Below are positions 1 to 11,182 of a DNA stretch of 64,000 nucleotides, piece after piece. The notes beneath the pieces were generated by a model. It did no database searches and was not told the origin of the DNA. It saw only the letters and a list, made by a program, of their open reading frames with translations. Source of the DNA: an uncultured Bacteroidales bacterium (GTDB lineage: Bacteria > Bacteroidota > Bacteroidia > Bacteroidales > Bacteroidaceae); the NCBI GenBank assembly GCA_902796835.1, contig CADBQP010000027.1, forward strand, positions 29,712-93,711, given 5' to 3'. Numbering within the stretch: position 1 is the stretch's first letter; each line of letters begins with the position of its first letter. The translations under genes were made by a program, and so were the position numbers.

Positions 1-255
1 AGCTTCCTGATCCGGGGTGCACAAGCACAGAACGCGGGTAACTTTACCCGTTCCGTGGGGAAGCGAAACTACGCCACGTACCATTTGGTTTGCCTTACGG
101 GGATCAACACCCAGACGGATGTCAATGTCCACCGAAGCATCAAATTTGGTAGTGGTGATTTCTTTCACCAATTGTGCGGCCTCTGTCAAGGTATAAGCTT
201 TCCCAGCTTCAAGCTTTCCAGCAACTGATTTCTGATTTTTTGTCAGTTTACTCAT
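1..255 (-). CDS. rplA: 50S ribosomal protein L1 (N-terminal part; runs off window)
   Basis: Minus strand reads [71 protein letters not shown]; follows rplK. Confidence 0.96.
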   Translation of the reverse strand, partial: MSKLTKNQKSVAGKLEAGKAYTLTEAAQLVKEITTTKFDASVDIDIRLGVDPRKANQMVRGVVSLPHGTGKVTRVLCLCTPDQEA

Positions 256-286
256 TGTTTTCTGAAATTTTTGAAGTGTTTATAAT

Positions 287-724
287 TTAGCCTGGGAAAT
301 CTCCCTTCACAGTGATACCCATAGAACGTGCTGTGCCAGCAACTAGACGCATAGCTGACTCTATGGTGAAACAGTTCAAGTCGGGCATCTTGTCTTCTGC
401 AATGGCTCTAACCTGCTCCCAAGTTACGGAAGCTATCTTCTGACGGTTAGGCTGAGAAGAACCGCTCTTCTTTTTTGTTGCCTCAAGCAATTGTATTGCT
501 ACAGGAGGAGTTTTTACGATGAAGGTAAAAGATTTGTCGGTGTAGTAGGTAATTACTACGGGCAACACCTTACCGGCCTTCTCCTGAGTTCTGGCATTGA
601 ACTGCTTGCAGAAATCCATAATGTTGATACCCTTAGAACCCAAAGCAGGTCCTACGGGAGGCGATGGATTTGCAGCGCCACCTTTAATCTGTAATTTGAT
701 TAATCCAGCAACTTCTTTTGCCAT
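287..724 (-). CDS. rplK: 50S ribosomal protein L11
   Basis: [29 protein letters not shown]; start moved to the ATG at 724. Confidence 0.98.
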   Translation of the reverse strand: MAKEVAGLIKLQIKGGAANPSPPVGPALGSKGINIMDFCKQFNARTQEKAGKVLPVVITYYTDKSFTFIVKTPPVAIQLLEATKKKSGSSQPNRQKIASVTWEQVRAIAEDKMPDLNCFTIESAMRLVAGTARSMGITVKGDFPG

Positions 725-812
725 TTCTTTATTTACTTTATTTTTTGTAATTAATACCGCACGACAAACCATGCGGCAGGCTAATATTAGAAAGAGTACA
801 GGCTACGTAACA

Positions 813-1337
813 CTACCCTTCCCTCTCTACTTGCATAAAACCAAGCGACAACGGTGTGTTTCGTCCGAAGACTTTCACCATTACCTTGAGCTTCTTCTTG
901 GCATTGTCTACATCTTCGACAACACCGCTGAATCCGCCGAAAGGTCCATCGGTCACCTTCACTTTGTCGCCCACATTGTAGGGGATGGTCATATCCAAGA
1001 TTTCTTCTTGCATTTCATCGACCTTACCCAACAGGCGGTTGATTTCGTGAGGCTGAGCTTCTCCTATGGTTCCTAACACGTTTGGCGTACTACGGAGCAA
1101 ATGCGCCGTTTCGCCAATCATTCTCGCTTCTACCAACACATATCCCGGCAGAAAATTACGCTCTTTGATAACTCGTTTAGAGCCACGCTGAGTGTAAACC
1201 TTCTCTGTCGGTATGAGCACCTGAGCAACGTTACCGTCGTAGAGGCCGTTTTGGATGCCTCCCTCAATGTACTCCTTAACCTTGGCTTCTTTTCCACTTA
1301 CGGCACGATACACGTACCATTTCATTTCTACAGCCAT
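813..1337 (-). CDS. nusG: Transcription termination/antitermination factor NusG
   Basis: KWYVYRAVSGKE, NFLPGYVLVE, C-terminal KOW motif VKVTDGPF; secE-nusG-rplK synteny. Confidence 0.96.
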   Translation of the reverse strand: MAVEMKWYVYRAVSGKEAKVKEYIEGGIQNGLYDGNVAQVLIPTEKVYTQRGSKRVIKERNFLPGYVLVEARMIGETAHLLRSTPNVLGTIGEAQPHEINRLLGKVDEMQEEILDMTIPYNVGDKVKVTDGPFGGFSGVVEDVDNAKKKLKVMVKVFGRNTPLSLGFMQVEREG

Positions 1338-1351
1338 TGCGTCACCAGAAT

Positions 1352-1543
1352 TTAAGAATGATAAATTAACTGCATAAGGAGCTCAAAGACCTTGTCGAGG
1401 CAAAAAACGATCACTGCAATGATGATGGAAGCAACTAAAACGACGATTGCAGTGTGCGTCAGAGCCCGACGAGTTGGCCATGTGGTTTTATGTGCCAATT
1501 CATCATAACATTCTTTGCAATATGTTACAAATTTCTTAAACAT
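1352..1543 (-). CDS. secE: Preprotein translocase subunit SecE
   Basis: 63 aa, ELAHKTTWPT followed by one TM helix; lies between tRNA-Trp and nusG. Confidence 0.93.
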   Translation of the reverse strand: MFKKFVTYCKECYDELAHKTTWPTRRALTHTAIVVLVASIIIAVIVFCLDKVFELLMQLIYHS

Positions 1544-1564
1544 CGTTTATCGTCTTGTTTTAAG

Positions 1565-1637
1565 CACGGGAAGAGAGGCTCGAACTCCCGACACCTGGTT
1601 TTGGAGACCAGTGCTCTACCAACTGAGCTATTCCCGT
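1565..1637 (-). tRNA. tRNA-Trp (CCA)
   Basis: ACGGGAA/TTCCCGT acceptor stem, anticodon loop CTCCAAA, GTTCGAG T-loop. Confidence 0.97.
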
Positions 1638-1723
1638 AGAAATAGGCTCACGTCTGTAAAGGCGCGAGCCCATTGGTTTGAAAAACCTCACGGCACTAAC
1701 TTACTGCCGCTGTAGTAGATGGT

Positions 1724-2905
<1,182 letters not shown>

Positions 2906-2968
2906 AGCTTTGAATTATATTTATATGAATGATTTCGTTTGGTTTCCGATTCTTCCGAATCACCTTAG

Positions 2969-3040
<72 letters not shown>

Positions 3041-3058
3041 ATTTTCGCTTTGCGATTG

Positions 3059-3131
3059 AGCGGAAGACGGGGCTCAAACCCGCGACCCCCAGCTTGGAAG
3101 GCTAGTGCTCTATCAACTGAGCTACTTCCGC
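3059..3131 (-). tRNA. tRNA-Gly (TCC)
   Basis: GCGGAAG/CTTCCGC acceptor stem, anticodon loop CTTCCAA. Confidence 0.96.
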
Positions 3132-3139
3132 AATGTGCG

Positions 3140-3222
3140 TGGGCAAAGATGGATTCGAACCACCGAAGGCGTAAGCCAGCAGATTTACAGTCTGCCCCAT
3201 TTGGCCACTCTGGTATTTGCCC
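3140..3222 (-). tRNA. tRNA-Tyr (GTA)
   Basis: GGGCAAA/TTTGCCC acceptor stem, anticodon loop CTGTAAA, long variable arm, 83 nt. Confidence 0.96.
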
Positions 3223-3270
3223 ATACTTGTTAACGGAGCAAATCACAGAGATACTACTCCGAAGCGGGTG

Positions 3271-3300
3271 CAAAGGTAGACATATTTTTTTACTCACAAA
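3271..3300 (-). promoter_or_regulatory. Bacteroidetes sigma-A promoter of the tRNA-tuf operon
   Basis: TTTG-N18-TACCTTTG on minus strand, ~50 nt upstream of tRNA-Tyr. Confidence 0.75.
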
Positions 3301-3441
3301 ATATTTTTCGATTTTTTTTTGATTATTCTTGCTTCTATTTTTAATCATGACCGATTTTTAACAACTATAGAAGGTTTTGGGCACGTTTTACGCTTTATAT
3401 ATAATTATGGTGTATGGCACAGAAAAGCTTCGAAGATACAT

Positions 3442-3481
3442 AAAAACACCGCTGCCATGCAAGCATTTCTTGGGGCAGCGG
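3442..3481 (-). terminator. Probable intrinsic terminator closing the nucleotide-biosynthesis run
   Basis: CCGCTGCC...GGCAGCGG stem (inner CAAG/CTTG) followed by TGTTTTT on minus strand. Confidence 0.6.
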
Positions 3482-3609
3482 CGGACGATTATTGTCATTA
3501 TTTGCAATAGGCTCGATTATGCTCTATTAAACTTTTCCCCGAAAGGGGCTGCTTAGCGTTGTGCTCAGTGGCCCTCTTTCGAGATTTTTGTGCTTTCATC
3601 TCAAAATAA

Positions 3610-3685
3610 TATCTCCGAGATAATCCAAATTAGCTCGGAGATAATTTAAACTGTTGAGCCAACTCTTTAAACTGTCGAGCCAACT
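3610..3685. repeat. 21-bp-period intergenic repeat array, copy 1 (4 units)
   Basis: TATCTCCGAGATA-ATCCAAAT-TAGCTCGGAGATA-ATTTAAAC-TGTTGAGCCAACT-CTTTAAAC-TGTCGAGCCAACT. Confidence 0.85.
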
Positions 3686-3696
3686 ATGTGTAGATA

Positions 3697-4323
3697 TTAC
3701 TTTGGTAATTGGAAGAAGCGATAGAGATTACAGCCGACGAAATTGCCGAGAACAATGGAGAGATAATAAAAAGTAAGAGGTAGGAGGAAAGAGATTATCG
3801 TATCCATGGGTGTATTGAGCAGGTAGACGCAAGCATAAAAGGCGTCGGCGATACAGTGTGGAAAGCCACAAAGGATAAACGCTGGCACTGCAAAAAGAAG
3901 AGGCAACCAGTCTGAGAAATCTCTATTACGTCGCGCAAAATCTACGGCAAACGACATTAACAAGCCACATCCGATAGCGAGTAATCCTGTTCCGAGCCAT
4001 CCTATGCCTAATCGCGCCACAATTATACCTGTTGCCGCTTCGGGTAAGGCCAAAGGCGAGTAAAGGGATACGGCAGCTACAGCGAGCGTGCCAAGGATAT
4101 TACCGAGCAAAATGAGCAATAGCGGCAGGACATCCTTCCATCCGGTTATGAAGCCTGCTGTGCCAGTGTAGAGTTTAGCACGGTATTTAACTACGGCAAC
4201 TAAGCCGACGCAGAACAAGAACATGCCGAGGGCTGAATTGGCCAAAAACCCCCATCCAGCTACTGCGATGAGGATGCCAGAGAATAGCGATTGCGTTAAA
4301 ATTGGTAATTTTTGACTGGTCAT
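3697..4323 (-). CDS. Formate/nitrite transporter (FNT) family protein, short form
   Basis: 208 aa, ~6 hydrophobic helices; FNT-like motifs SGILI, LYTG, GNILG, CGLLM, GFPHCIAD; ATG at 4323 chosen. Confidence 0.75.
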   Translation of the reverse strand: MTSQKLPILTQSLFSGILIAVAGWGFLANSALGMFLFCVGLVAVVKYRAKLYTGTAGFITGWKDVLPLLLILLGNILGTLAVAAVSLYSPLALPEAATGIIVARLGIGWLGTGLLAIGCGLLMSFAVDFARRNRDFSDWLPLLFAVPAFILCGFPHCIADAFYACVYLLNTPMDTIISFLLPLTFYYLSIVLGNFVGCNLYRFFQLPK

Positions 4324-4420
4324 TGGTGATTGTTTGCAATTTCGTTTGATTTGACTCTTATTTTTTATTTCAAGCTGAAAGCATAGGGTAGTCGAAAGAA
4401 ATGAACTATTTGCATCTGGC

Positions 4421-5851
4421 TTATAGTGTATGAGAGGAGGAGCCATCGAAGCAATGAGTGCAGACATGATTGTGCGGCAATCCGATAGCACGTATAAGTG
4501 TTTCCAGTTTGGTGAAACGGAGTGAATGTAGTCCGAATTTCTCAGCGATACAATCCACCATTCGCTTATATTCTGGTGAATCGGTGATGGTATAGGCGTG
4601 TACTCGCTCTTCGTTCATCGCAGCTTCCTCGCCTTCTAATTCCGCAATGACGCGTCGGGTGATAAGTTCCATCACGGATTTTGATTCCGAGAAATTGATG
4701 AAGGGACATGCATAAACGAGTGGCGGACTAGCAATTCGCATGTGAATTTCTTTGGCTCCTCCCTCGAGCAGGCACCGTGTGTTGTCGCGCAACTGTGTTC
4801 CGCGCACAATAGAGTCATCACAAAGGAGTACACGACGATTCTGTATGATGGTGTTATTCTGTATGAGTTTCATCTTCGCCACCAGATTTCGCATATTCTG
4901 GCTCGAAGGCATAAAAGAACGAGCCCACGTCGTTGTATATTTAGTCACAGCTCGCCTATATGGCACGTTGTGGCCTTCAGAATATCCGATAGCCATGCCT
5001 ATGCCGGAGTCGGGCACACCGCAGCAGCAATCAACCTGCATATCATCTTCCTTTCCCATTTCGAAGCCTATATTATTGCGAACATCCTCCACATTACGAC
5101 CTTCGAAAACAGAGGTGGGAAAACCGTAGTACACCCATAAGAAAGAACAAATCTGCATGTGGTCGGGCAATGGTTCTGCCAGCTTTTCCATGCGATTGTC
5201 ATGCAACCGAACAATTTCGCCTGGTCCGAGGTTATGAACGAGGGTATAACCTAAGTTATAGAAAGCCGATGGCTCGCTTGCAGCACAGAAAGCACCTTCT
5301 TTTTGGCCAATGACGACCGGTGTACGTCCCCATAAGTCGCGCGCACACACCACTCCATTCTCTGTAAGCAGCATGAGGGACAGCGAACCTTTTATTTGCT
5401 CTTGCGCATAGCGAATACCTTCCTCGAGCGACGGTTTCTGAATAATCATCAATCCCACCAATTCCGTCGGGTTGACCTTTCCAGAAGAGAACTCGGAGAG
5501 GTGCATGTTGTGCTCAAGCGCTTGTTTCGCCAATTCTTCGAAATTGTTAATTTTACCTATGGTAATCAGTGCGAAGCGACCATGACGGGAATTGAACAAG
5601 AGGGGCTGCGCATCTGTATCGGAGATAATGCCTATTCCCGCATTACCGATAAACTTAGGCAGTTCTTCCTCCATTTTCGAACGGAACGAAGCCTTTGATA
5701 TAGAGTGTATTGAACGGTTGAAATGGCCTGTCGTCTCATCATATGTAGCCATTCCACCTCTGCGTGTACCCAGATGCGAAAGATAATCGGTACCATAGAA
5801 GACATCCGTCACACAAGGATATATACTGATAGCTCCAAAAAATCCAGCCAT
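4421..5851 (-). CDS. purF: Amidophosphoribosyltransferase-like protein lacking Cys1
   Basis: GVPDSG, PRPP loop DDSIVRGT, Fe-S cysteines (CSFLW, YACPF, CTHC); N-terminus MAGFFG. Confidence 0.88.
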   Translation of the reverse strand: MAGFFGAISIYPCVTDVFYGTDYLSHLGTRRGGMATYDETTGHFNRSIHSISKASFRSKMEEELPKFIGNAGIGIISDTDAQPLLFNSRHGRFALITIGKINNFEELAKQALEHNMHLSEFSSGKVNPTELVGLMIIQKPSLEEGIRYAQEQIKGSLSLMLLTENGVVCARDLWGRTPVVIGQKEGAFCAASEPSAFYNLGYTLVHNLGPGEIVRLHDNRMEKLAEPLPDHMQICSFLWVYYGFPTSVFEGRNVEDVRNNIGFEMGKEDDMQVDCCCGVPDSGIGMAIGYSEGHNVPYRRAVTKYTTTWARSFMPSSQNMRNLVAKMKLIQNNTIIQNRRVLLCDDSIVRGTQLRDNTRCLLEGGAKEIHMRIASPPLVYACPFINFSESKSVMELITRRVIAELEGEEAAMNEERVHAYTITDSPEYKRMVDCIAEKFGLHSLRFTKLETLIRAIGLPHNHVCTHCFDGSSSHTL

Positions 5852-5852
5852 A

Positions 5853-6818
5853 TTATTGATGTTTAACGGATGAATGATTAGTGAGGTAGGCGCAGATATT
5901 TGTTTCGATACGCTTGGCCAAGTCGGTCGTCTGCTCTTTAACGAACTTATCACCCGTTATACCTTCGTAGAGTTCGACATAGCGGTCAGTGATGGAGCCG
6001 ACAATCGCCTGAGTCATTTCCGGAACTTGCTGTCCGGCCTTGCCTTGGAAACCATTTTCCATGAGCCATTCGCGCACAAACTCCTTGGATAACTGACGTT
6101 GTGGCTTACCTGCTGCAAAACGCTCTGCGTAGTCTTCTGCATAGAAATAACGGCTGGAATCTGGTGTATGAACTTCATCCATGAGCATGACTTGGCCTTT
6201 ATAATTACCAAATTCATATTTAGTATCGACGAGCAAGAGTCCCTGTCTTTGTGCAATCTCCTGACCACGTTCAAAAAGCGCCAAGGCATATTTCTCCAAC
6301 AAGGCATATTCTTTCTCAGGCACCAGTCCACGCGCTATAATCTCTTCGCGAGATATATCCTCGTCGTGCGTTCCAATTTCTGCTTTGGTGGTTGGCGTGA
6401 TGATGGGTGTGGGGAATTTTTCGTTTTCTCTCATGCCTTCAGGCAGTTTCACACCACAGATTTCTCTGACACCAGCCTTGTAGGCACGCCAAGCGGAGCC
6501 ACACAAATAACCGCGAACAATCATCTCCACCGGATAGCCTTCGCAACGATAGCCTACCGAAACCATTGGATCGGGTGTGGCCAGCAGCCAGTTGGGCACT
6601 ATATCCCGTGTGGCATTGAGGAACTTGGCAGCTATCTGGTTGAGGATTTGTCCTTTGTAAGGAATTCCTTGTGGCAACACAACATCAAAAGCAGAGATGC
6701 GGTCGGTGGCCACTATGCATAGCAGGTCCTCCCCTATAAAATAGACATCACGCACCTTCCCGTGATACACATTGGTTTGTCCTGGAAATGAAAATTCGGT
6801 TGACGTTAAAGCATTCAT
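5853..6818 (-). CDS. purC: SAICAR synthetase (long Bacteroidetes type)
   Basis: [37 protein letters not shown]. Confidence 0.96.
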   Translation of the reverse strand: MNALTSTEFSFPGQTNVYHGKVRDVYFIGEDLLCIVATDRISAFDVVLPQGIPYKGQILNQIAAKFLNATRDIVPNWLLATPDPMVSVGYRCEGYPVEMIVRGYLCGSAWRAYKAGVREICGVKLPEGMRENEKFPTPIITPTTKAEIGTHDEDISREEIIARGLVPEKEYALLEKYALALFERGQEIAQRQGLLLVDTKYEFGNYKGQVMLMDEVHTPDSSRYFYAEDYAERFAAGKPQRQLSKEFVREWLMENGFQGKAGQQVPEMTQAIVGSITDRYVELYEGITGDKFVKEQTTDLAKRIETNICAYLTNHSSVKHQ

Positions 6819-6848
6819 TTTTATTGCGTAAAAAAAAGGGTTTAGAAT

Positions 6849-9800
6849 TTATTTGTATTCACTCCATTCGCGGATGGCGAGCGAGTTGATAGGCACATCG
6901 AGGAAGGCATTAATAAAGGCTTCCGCCAATCGTGCATTAGTAATCAAGGGTATGTTGAGGTCCACAGCTGTTCGCCGCATGCGGTAATAGCTGTCGTGCA
7001 CAGAGTCTGCCAGCGTATCCACAGGGATTCCCACAAAAAGCTCAATCTCCTTATTATGCATCAAGTTTGAAACTATTGGTTGCTTCAGTCGGCCGTGCTC
7101 GTCTAAATGTTCGTTCTTGTAAACCCGTATGTTCGCCACTCCGAGGCCATTAAGGTAGTCGCTTGTTCCTCCGGTAGCATAGATGGTATATCCCCGATCC
7201 ACAAGTCGTTTAATTGTATCCAGCAAATGCGCCCTTTGTTTCGGTCCGCCAATAGCAAAGAGTATTTTTTTCTTTGGGATACGCATACCCACGGCCAACA
7301 TAGATTGTAGCAGCGCAGAGTTGGCATCTTCTCCCAGGCATCCCACCTCGCCTGTCGAAGCCATGTCCACACCTAGCACGGGGTCGGCATTTTGCAAGCG
7401 GTTGAATGAGAATTGCGATGCCTTCACACCCACATAGTCGAAATCGAAGAGCGACTTATTTGGCCTTTCGATAGGCAGGTCAAGCATGACACGTGTAGCA
7501 ATGTCGATAAAGTTGATTTTGAGTACCTTGCTCACAAACGGGAAGGAGCGCGAAGCTCGAAGGTTACACTCGATAACCTTAATTTCGTTCTCTCTTGCCA
7601 GATACTGAATGTTGAACGGACCGGATATGTTTAGTTCGCGAGCTATCTGACCCGAAATGCGCTTGATGCGGCGCACTGTCTCGACATACAGTCTCTGCGC
7701 TGGGAACATGATTGTTGCATCGCCAGAATGGACACCGGCATATTCCACATGCTCAGAGATGGCATAGGCTATAATTTCTCCGTTGCGAGCCACTGCATCC
7801 ATTTCCACTTCCTTGGTGTTGGTCATAAACTTTGAGATGACTACCGGATGTTCCTTTGAAACCTTGGCTGCCAACCGTAAGAACTTATGCAATTGCTCCT
7901 CGTTGGAACACACATTCATTGCTGCACCCGAAAGTACATAGGACGGACGAACAAGCACGGGATAACCCACACGCGCTACAAATTTCTCCATGTCTTCCTC
8001 AGAGGTCAGTGCGCTCCACTCGGGTTGATCCACGCCTATCCGGTCGAGCATGGCCGAGAATTTGTCGCGATCTTCCGCATTGTCTATTGATTTTGCCGAA
8101 GTGCCCAGGATTTTTACCTGCTGACCATCCAGCTTCATAGCCAAATTATTGGGTATCTGCCCTCCGGTCGAAACGATGACACCATGCGGATTTTCAAGCT
8201 CAATGATATCCATCACACGCTCAAACGTGAGCTCATCGAAATAGAGACGATCGCATGTGTCATAGTCCGTCGAAACCGTTTCTGGGTTAAAGTTTATCAT
8301 CACAGAGCGGTATCCGTTGTGACGAATGGTATTGAGTGCCTGCACTCCACACCAGTCAAACTCCACAGACGAACCAATACGATAGGCTCCAGAGCCCAAC
8401 ACGATAATCGACTTATGGTCGCCCGTATATTGAACGTCATTTTTTATGCCGCTATACGTGAGATATAGATAATTCGTTTGAGCAGGGAACTCTCCCGCCA
8501 ACGTGTCTATTTGTTTCACCACAGGCACTATGCCCATTCTCTTGCGCACTTGCCGCATGCGTAACACGGCCTGGTCCATTGTCATCGTTCGCCCCAGTCC
8601 CACAGCACGAGCAATCTGGAAGTCCGAAAATCCCAGTTGTTTGGCACGTAGCAGAAGGTCATATTCCAAGTGTTCCACACCATCCGTTCTTTTCAGTTCG
8701 GCATCGAGCTCGATAATATGCTCCAGGCGTTGCAAGAACCATCTATCAATCTTCGTCAGCTCGTGAATGCGGTCCACAGTGTAGCCCTCATACATGGCCT
8801 GCGCAATGGCAAAGATGCGTTTGTCGGTAGGTGCCTTCAGGGCTTCATCCAAATCATCCACGTGCAATTCTTTGTTCTCAGCAAATCCGTGCATGCCCTG
8901 TCCTATCATGCGCAAGCCCTTTTGAAGAGCATCCTCAAAGGTGCGGCCAATGGCCATCACCTCACCCACTGACTTCATGGAGCTGCCCAATTCGCGATTC
9001 ACACCGCGAAACTTGCCCAAGTCCCAACGCGGAATTTTGCAAACCACATAGTCCAACGCTGGTTCAAAAAAGGCCGACGTACTCTGCGTCACAGAGTTGG
9101 TCAGTTCAAATAGTCCGTAGCCTAAACCCAATTTAGTAGCCACAAAGGCCAGCGGATAGCCCGTAGCCTTCGACGCCAATGCCGAGGAACGACTCAGTCG
9201 CGCATTTACCTCGATTACGCGGTAGTCTTCCGACCCCGTGTCGAAAGCATACTGCACATTGCATTCACCCACAATACCCAAATGGCGGATGATGCGAATG
9301 GCCAGGGCACGTAGTTTGTGATATTCCGAATTGGTTAGCGTTTGTGAGGGTGCAATTACAATCGATTCGCCTGTATGAATGCCTAAGGGGTCAAAATTTT
9401 CCATGTTGCACACAGTGATGCAGTTGTCGTATCGGTCGCGCACCACCTCAAACTCAATTTCTTTCCAGCCCTTCAGCGATTTTTCCACCAACACTTGTGG
9501 TGAAAAAGAGAAGGCCTTCTCCACCATAGCGTCTAATTCTTGTTCGTTGTCGCAAAATCCAGAGCCCAGGCCACCCAGGGCATAAGCTGCACGAATAATA
9601 ACAGGATAGCCCAATTGTTTGGCAGCGTTTCGCGCATCCTCGACCGTTTCCACGGCCTCGCTCTTGATGGTCTTCACGCCTATCTTTTCCAGCTGACGCA
9701 CAAAGAGCTCACGGTCCTCAGTATTGATGATCGTCTCTACCGAAGTGCCCAGCACCCTTACGCCATACTTTTCCAACACTCCCCGGCGATACAATTCTAC

Positions 9801-10094
9801 GCCACAATTCAGTGCCGTCTGCCCGCCAAAGGCTAATAGAATACCGTCGGGCCGCTCCTTAGCAATGAGACGTTCCACAAACTCGGGCGTAACGGGCAAA
9901 AAGTAAATATGGTCAGCCATTCCTTCCGACGTTTGCACGGTGGCAATATTCGGATTTATCAGCACTGTTTCTATGCCCTCCTCGCGCAGGGCTTTAAGCG
10001 CTTGCGAACCCGAATAGTCAAACTCGCCAGCCTCGCCAATTTTCAGCGCACCCGAGCCAAGCACCAATACTTTGTTTATGTTTTCCAATCTCAT
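6849..10094 (-). CDS. carB: Carbamoyl-phosphate synthase large subunit
   Basis: GSGALKIGEAGEFDYSGSQA, duplicated ATP-grasp domains, C-terminal MGS domain; 1081 aa. Confidence 0.98.
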   Translation of the reverse strand: MRLENINKVLVLGSGALKIGEAGEFDYSGSQALKALREEGIETVLINPNIATVQTSEGMADHIYFLPVTPEFVERLIAKERPDGILLAFGGQTALNCGVELYRRGVLEKYGVRVLGTSVETIINTEDRELFVRQLEKIGVKTIKSEAVETVEDARNAAKQLGYPVIIRAAYALGGLGSGFCDNEQELDAMVEKAFSFSPQVLVEKSLKGWKEIEFEVVRDRYDNCITVCNMENFDPLGIHTGESIVIAPSQTLTNSEYHKLRALAIRIIRHLGIVGECNVQYAFDTGSEDYRVIEVNARLSRSSALASKATGYPLAFVATKLGLGYGLFELTNSVTQSTSAFFEPALDYVVCKIPRWDLGKFRGVNRELGSSMKSVGEVMAIGRTFEDALQKGLRMIGQGMHGFAENKELHVDDLDEALKAPTDKRIFAIAQAMYEGYTVDRIHELTKIDRWFLQRLEHIIELDAELKRTDGVEHLEYDLLLRAKQLGFSDFQIARAVGLGRTMTMDQAVLRMRQVRKRMGIVPVVKQIDTLAGEFPAQTNYLYLTYSGIKNDVQYTGDHKSIIVLGSGAYRIGSSVEFDWCGVQALNTIRHNGYRSVMINFNPETVSTDYDTCDRLYFDELTFERVMDIIELENPHGVIVSTGGQIPNNLAMKLDGQQVKILGTSAKSIDNAEDRDKFSAMLDRIGVDQPEWSALTSEEDMEKFVARVGYPVLVRPSYVLSGAAMNVCSNEEQLHKFLRLAAKVSKEHPVVISKFMTNTKEVEMDAVARNGEIIAYAISEHVEYAGVHSGDATIMFPAQRLYVETVRRIKRISGQIARELNISGPFNIQYLARENEIKVIECNLRASRSFPFVSKVLKINFIDIATRVMLDLPIERPNKSLFDFDYVGVKASQFSFNRLQNADPVLGVDMASTGEVGCLGEDANSALLQSMLAVGMRIPKKKILFAIGGPKQRAHLLDTIKRLVDRGYTIYATGGTSDYLNGLGVANIRVYKNEHLDEHGRLKQPIVSNLMHNKEIELFVGIPVDTLADSVHDSYYRMRRTAVDLNIPLITNARLAEAFINAFLDVPINSLAIREWSEYK

Positions 10095-10108
10095 GTGTAG
10101 TCAATAAT

Positions 10109-11182
10109 TTATTGATTAAGAAGCTTTACGAAATCATCAAACAGGAACTCCGTGTCCACTGGCCCCGAGCAAGCCTCGGGGTGGAACTGTACGGAAAACC
10201 AGGGTTTCGAAACGTGACGGATACCCTCATTAGAGCCGTCGTTCATGTTTTCGAAGAGAGGCATCCAGCCTTCAGGCAGTGTGTCCGCATCCAGAGCATA
10301 GCCATGGTTTTGCGAAGTAATGAAGCAACGATTCTCGCCCACCAAGCGCACGGGTTGATTGTGCGATCTGTGGCCGTATGGCAGTTTATAGATGGCAGCG
10401 CCAGCTGCTTTGCCCAGCAGCTGATTGCCCATGCATATACCAAAGATCGGTTTGCCCGTTTGCATATAGTTTCTGATATGGTGCACCAGTGGCATGCAGT
10501 TGTCGGGATTGCCCGGACCATTGGAGAGGAACAGACCATCGGCGTCGATCTGTCCAAATTCATAATCCCATGGCACACGCACTACCTCTAAACCCCTGTC
10601 TATAAGGCAGCGAATAATATTGTGTTTTACACCGCAGTCAACAAGCACTACCTTTTTGGCACCGCCCACATTATATCGCATAACCTCCTTGCACGACACT
10701 TGCGCCACGAAGTTCACATCCTCATAACGCGACTGCTCAGCATGCTCACACCCCTCTATCTCGATAGAACCCATCATCACGCCATGCTCACGCAGCAACA
10801 TCGCTAAAGCGCGGGTGTCAACACCAGTAATTCCAGGTATACCTTCGCGTTTAAGCCACTGCGCGAGTGATTCATGAGCATTCCAATGACTGAATTTTCC
10901 ACTGTATTCACAGCAAATGATGGCGCGTGCATAAATGCGTTCGGACTCCATGTAGGTTGCCAAACCATCTGAACGGAAAGTCAACTCAGGAACTCCATAG
11001 TTGCCTACCAGCGGAAAAGTAAGGGTCATCAACTGCCCTGCATAACTGGGGTCTGTGAGTGACTCGGGATAACCCACCATGGCCGTATTGAAGACCACCT
11101 CTCCGCTCACGGACACGTCTGCTCCGAAACTATAACCTTCAAAGGTCGTTCCGTCGCTTAGTCGCAACATTGCTTTTTTCAT
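10109..11182 (-). CDS. carA: Carbamoyl-phosphate synthase small subunit
   Basis: GEVVFNT, FGICMGNQ (catalytic Cys), QFHPE; ATG at 11182 overlaps the purA stop (alternative start 11191). Confidence 0.97.
   Translation of the reverse strand: MKKAMLRLSDGTTFEGYSFGADVSVSGEVVFNTAMVGYPESLTDPSYAGQLMTLTFPLVGNYGVPELTFRSDGLATYMESERIYARAIICCEYSGKFSHWNAHESLAQWLKREGIPGITGVDTRALAMLLREHGVMMGSIEIEGCEHAEQSRYEDVNFVAQVSCKEVMRYNVGGAKKVVLVDCGVKHNIIRCLIDRGLEVVRVPWDYEFGQIDADGLFLSNGPGNPDNCMPLVHHIRNYMQTGKPIFGICMGNQLLGKAAGAAIYKLPYGHRSHNQPVRLVGENRCFITSQNHGYALDADTLPEGWMPLFENMNDGSNEGIRHVSKPWFSVQFHPEACSGPVDTEFLFDDFVKLLNQ

Noticed and set aside
1646-1671. GGCTC...GAGCC hairpin between tuf and tRNA-Trp
   Set aside because: Likely an ordinary partial terminator or processing stem; nothing unusual to support
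3319-3510. 63-aa plus-strand ORF between the tRNA promoter and the terminator
   Set aside because: Short, spans a terminator hairpin, no motif or clear promoter
3610-3685. 21-bp arrays as a possible CRISPR
   Set aside because: No unique spacers of 25-45 bp, only 3-4 units per locus, no cas genes
4324-4491. Longer ORF-track starts for FNT, purF (5953), folD (15873), purD (17150), purE (23941), rimP (42444), mreC (43881) and the lipoprotein (60635)
   Set aside because: The extensions overlap upstream genes or promoters and precede the conserved N-terminal motifs; downstream ATGs fit better
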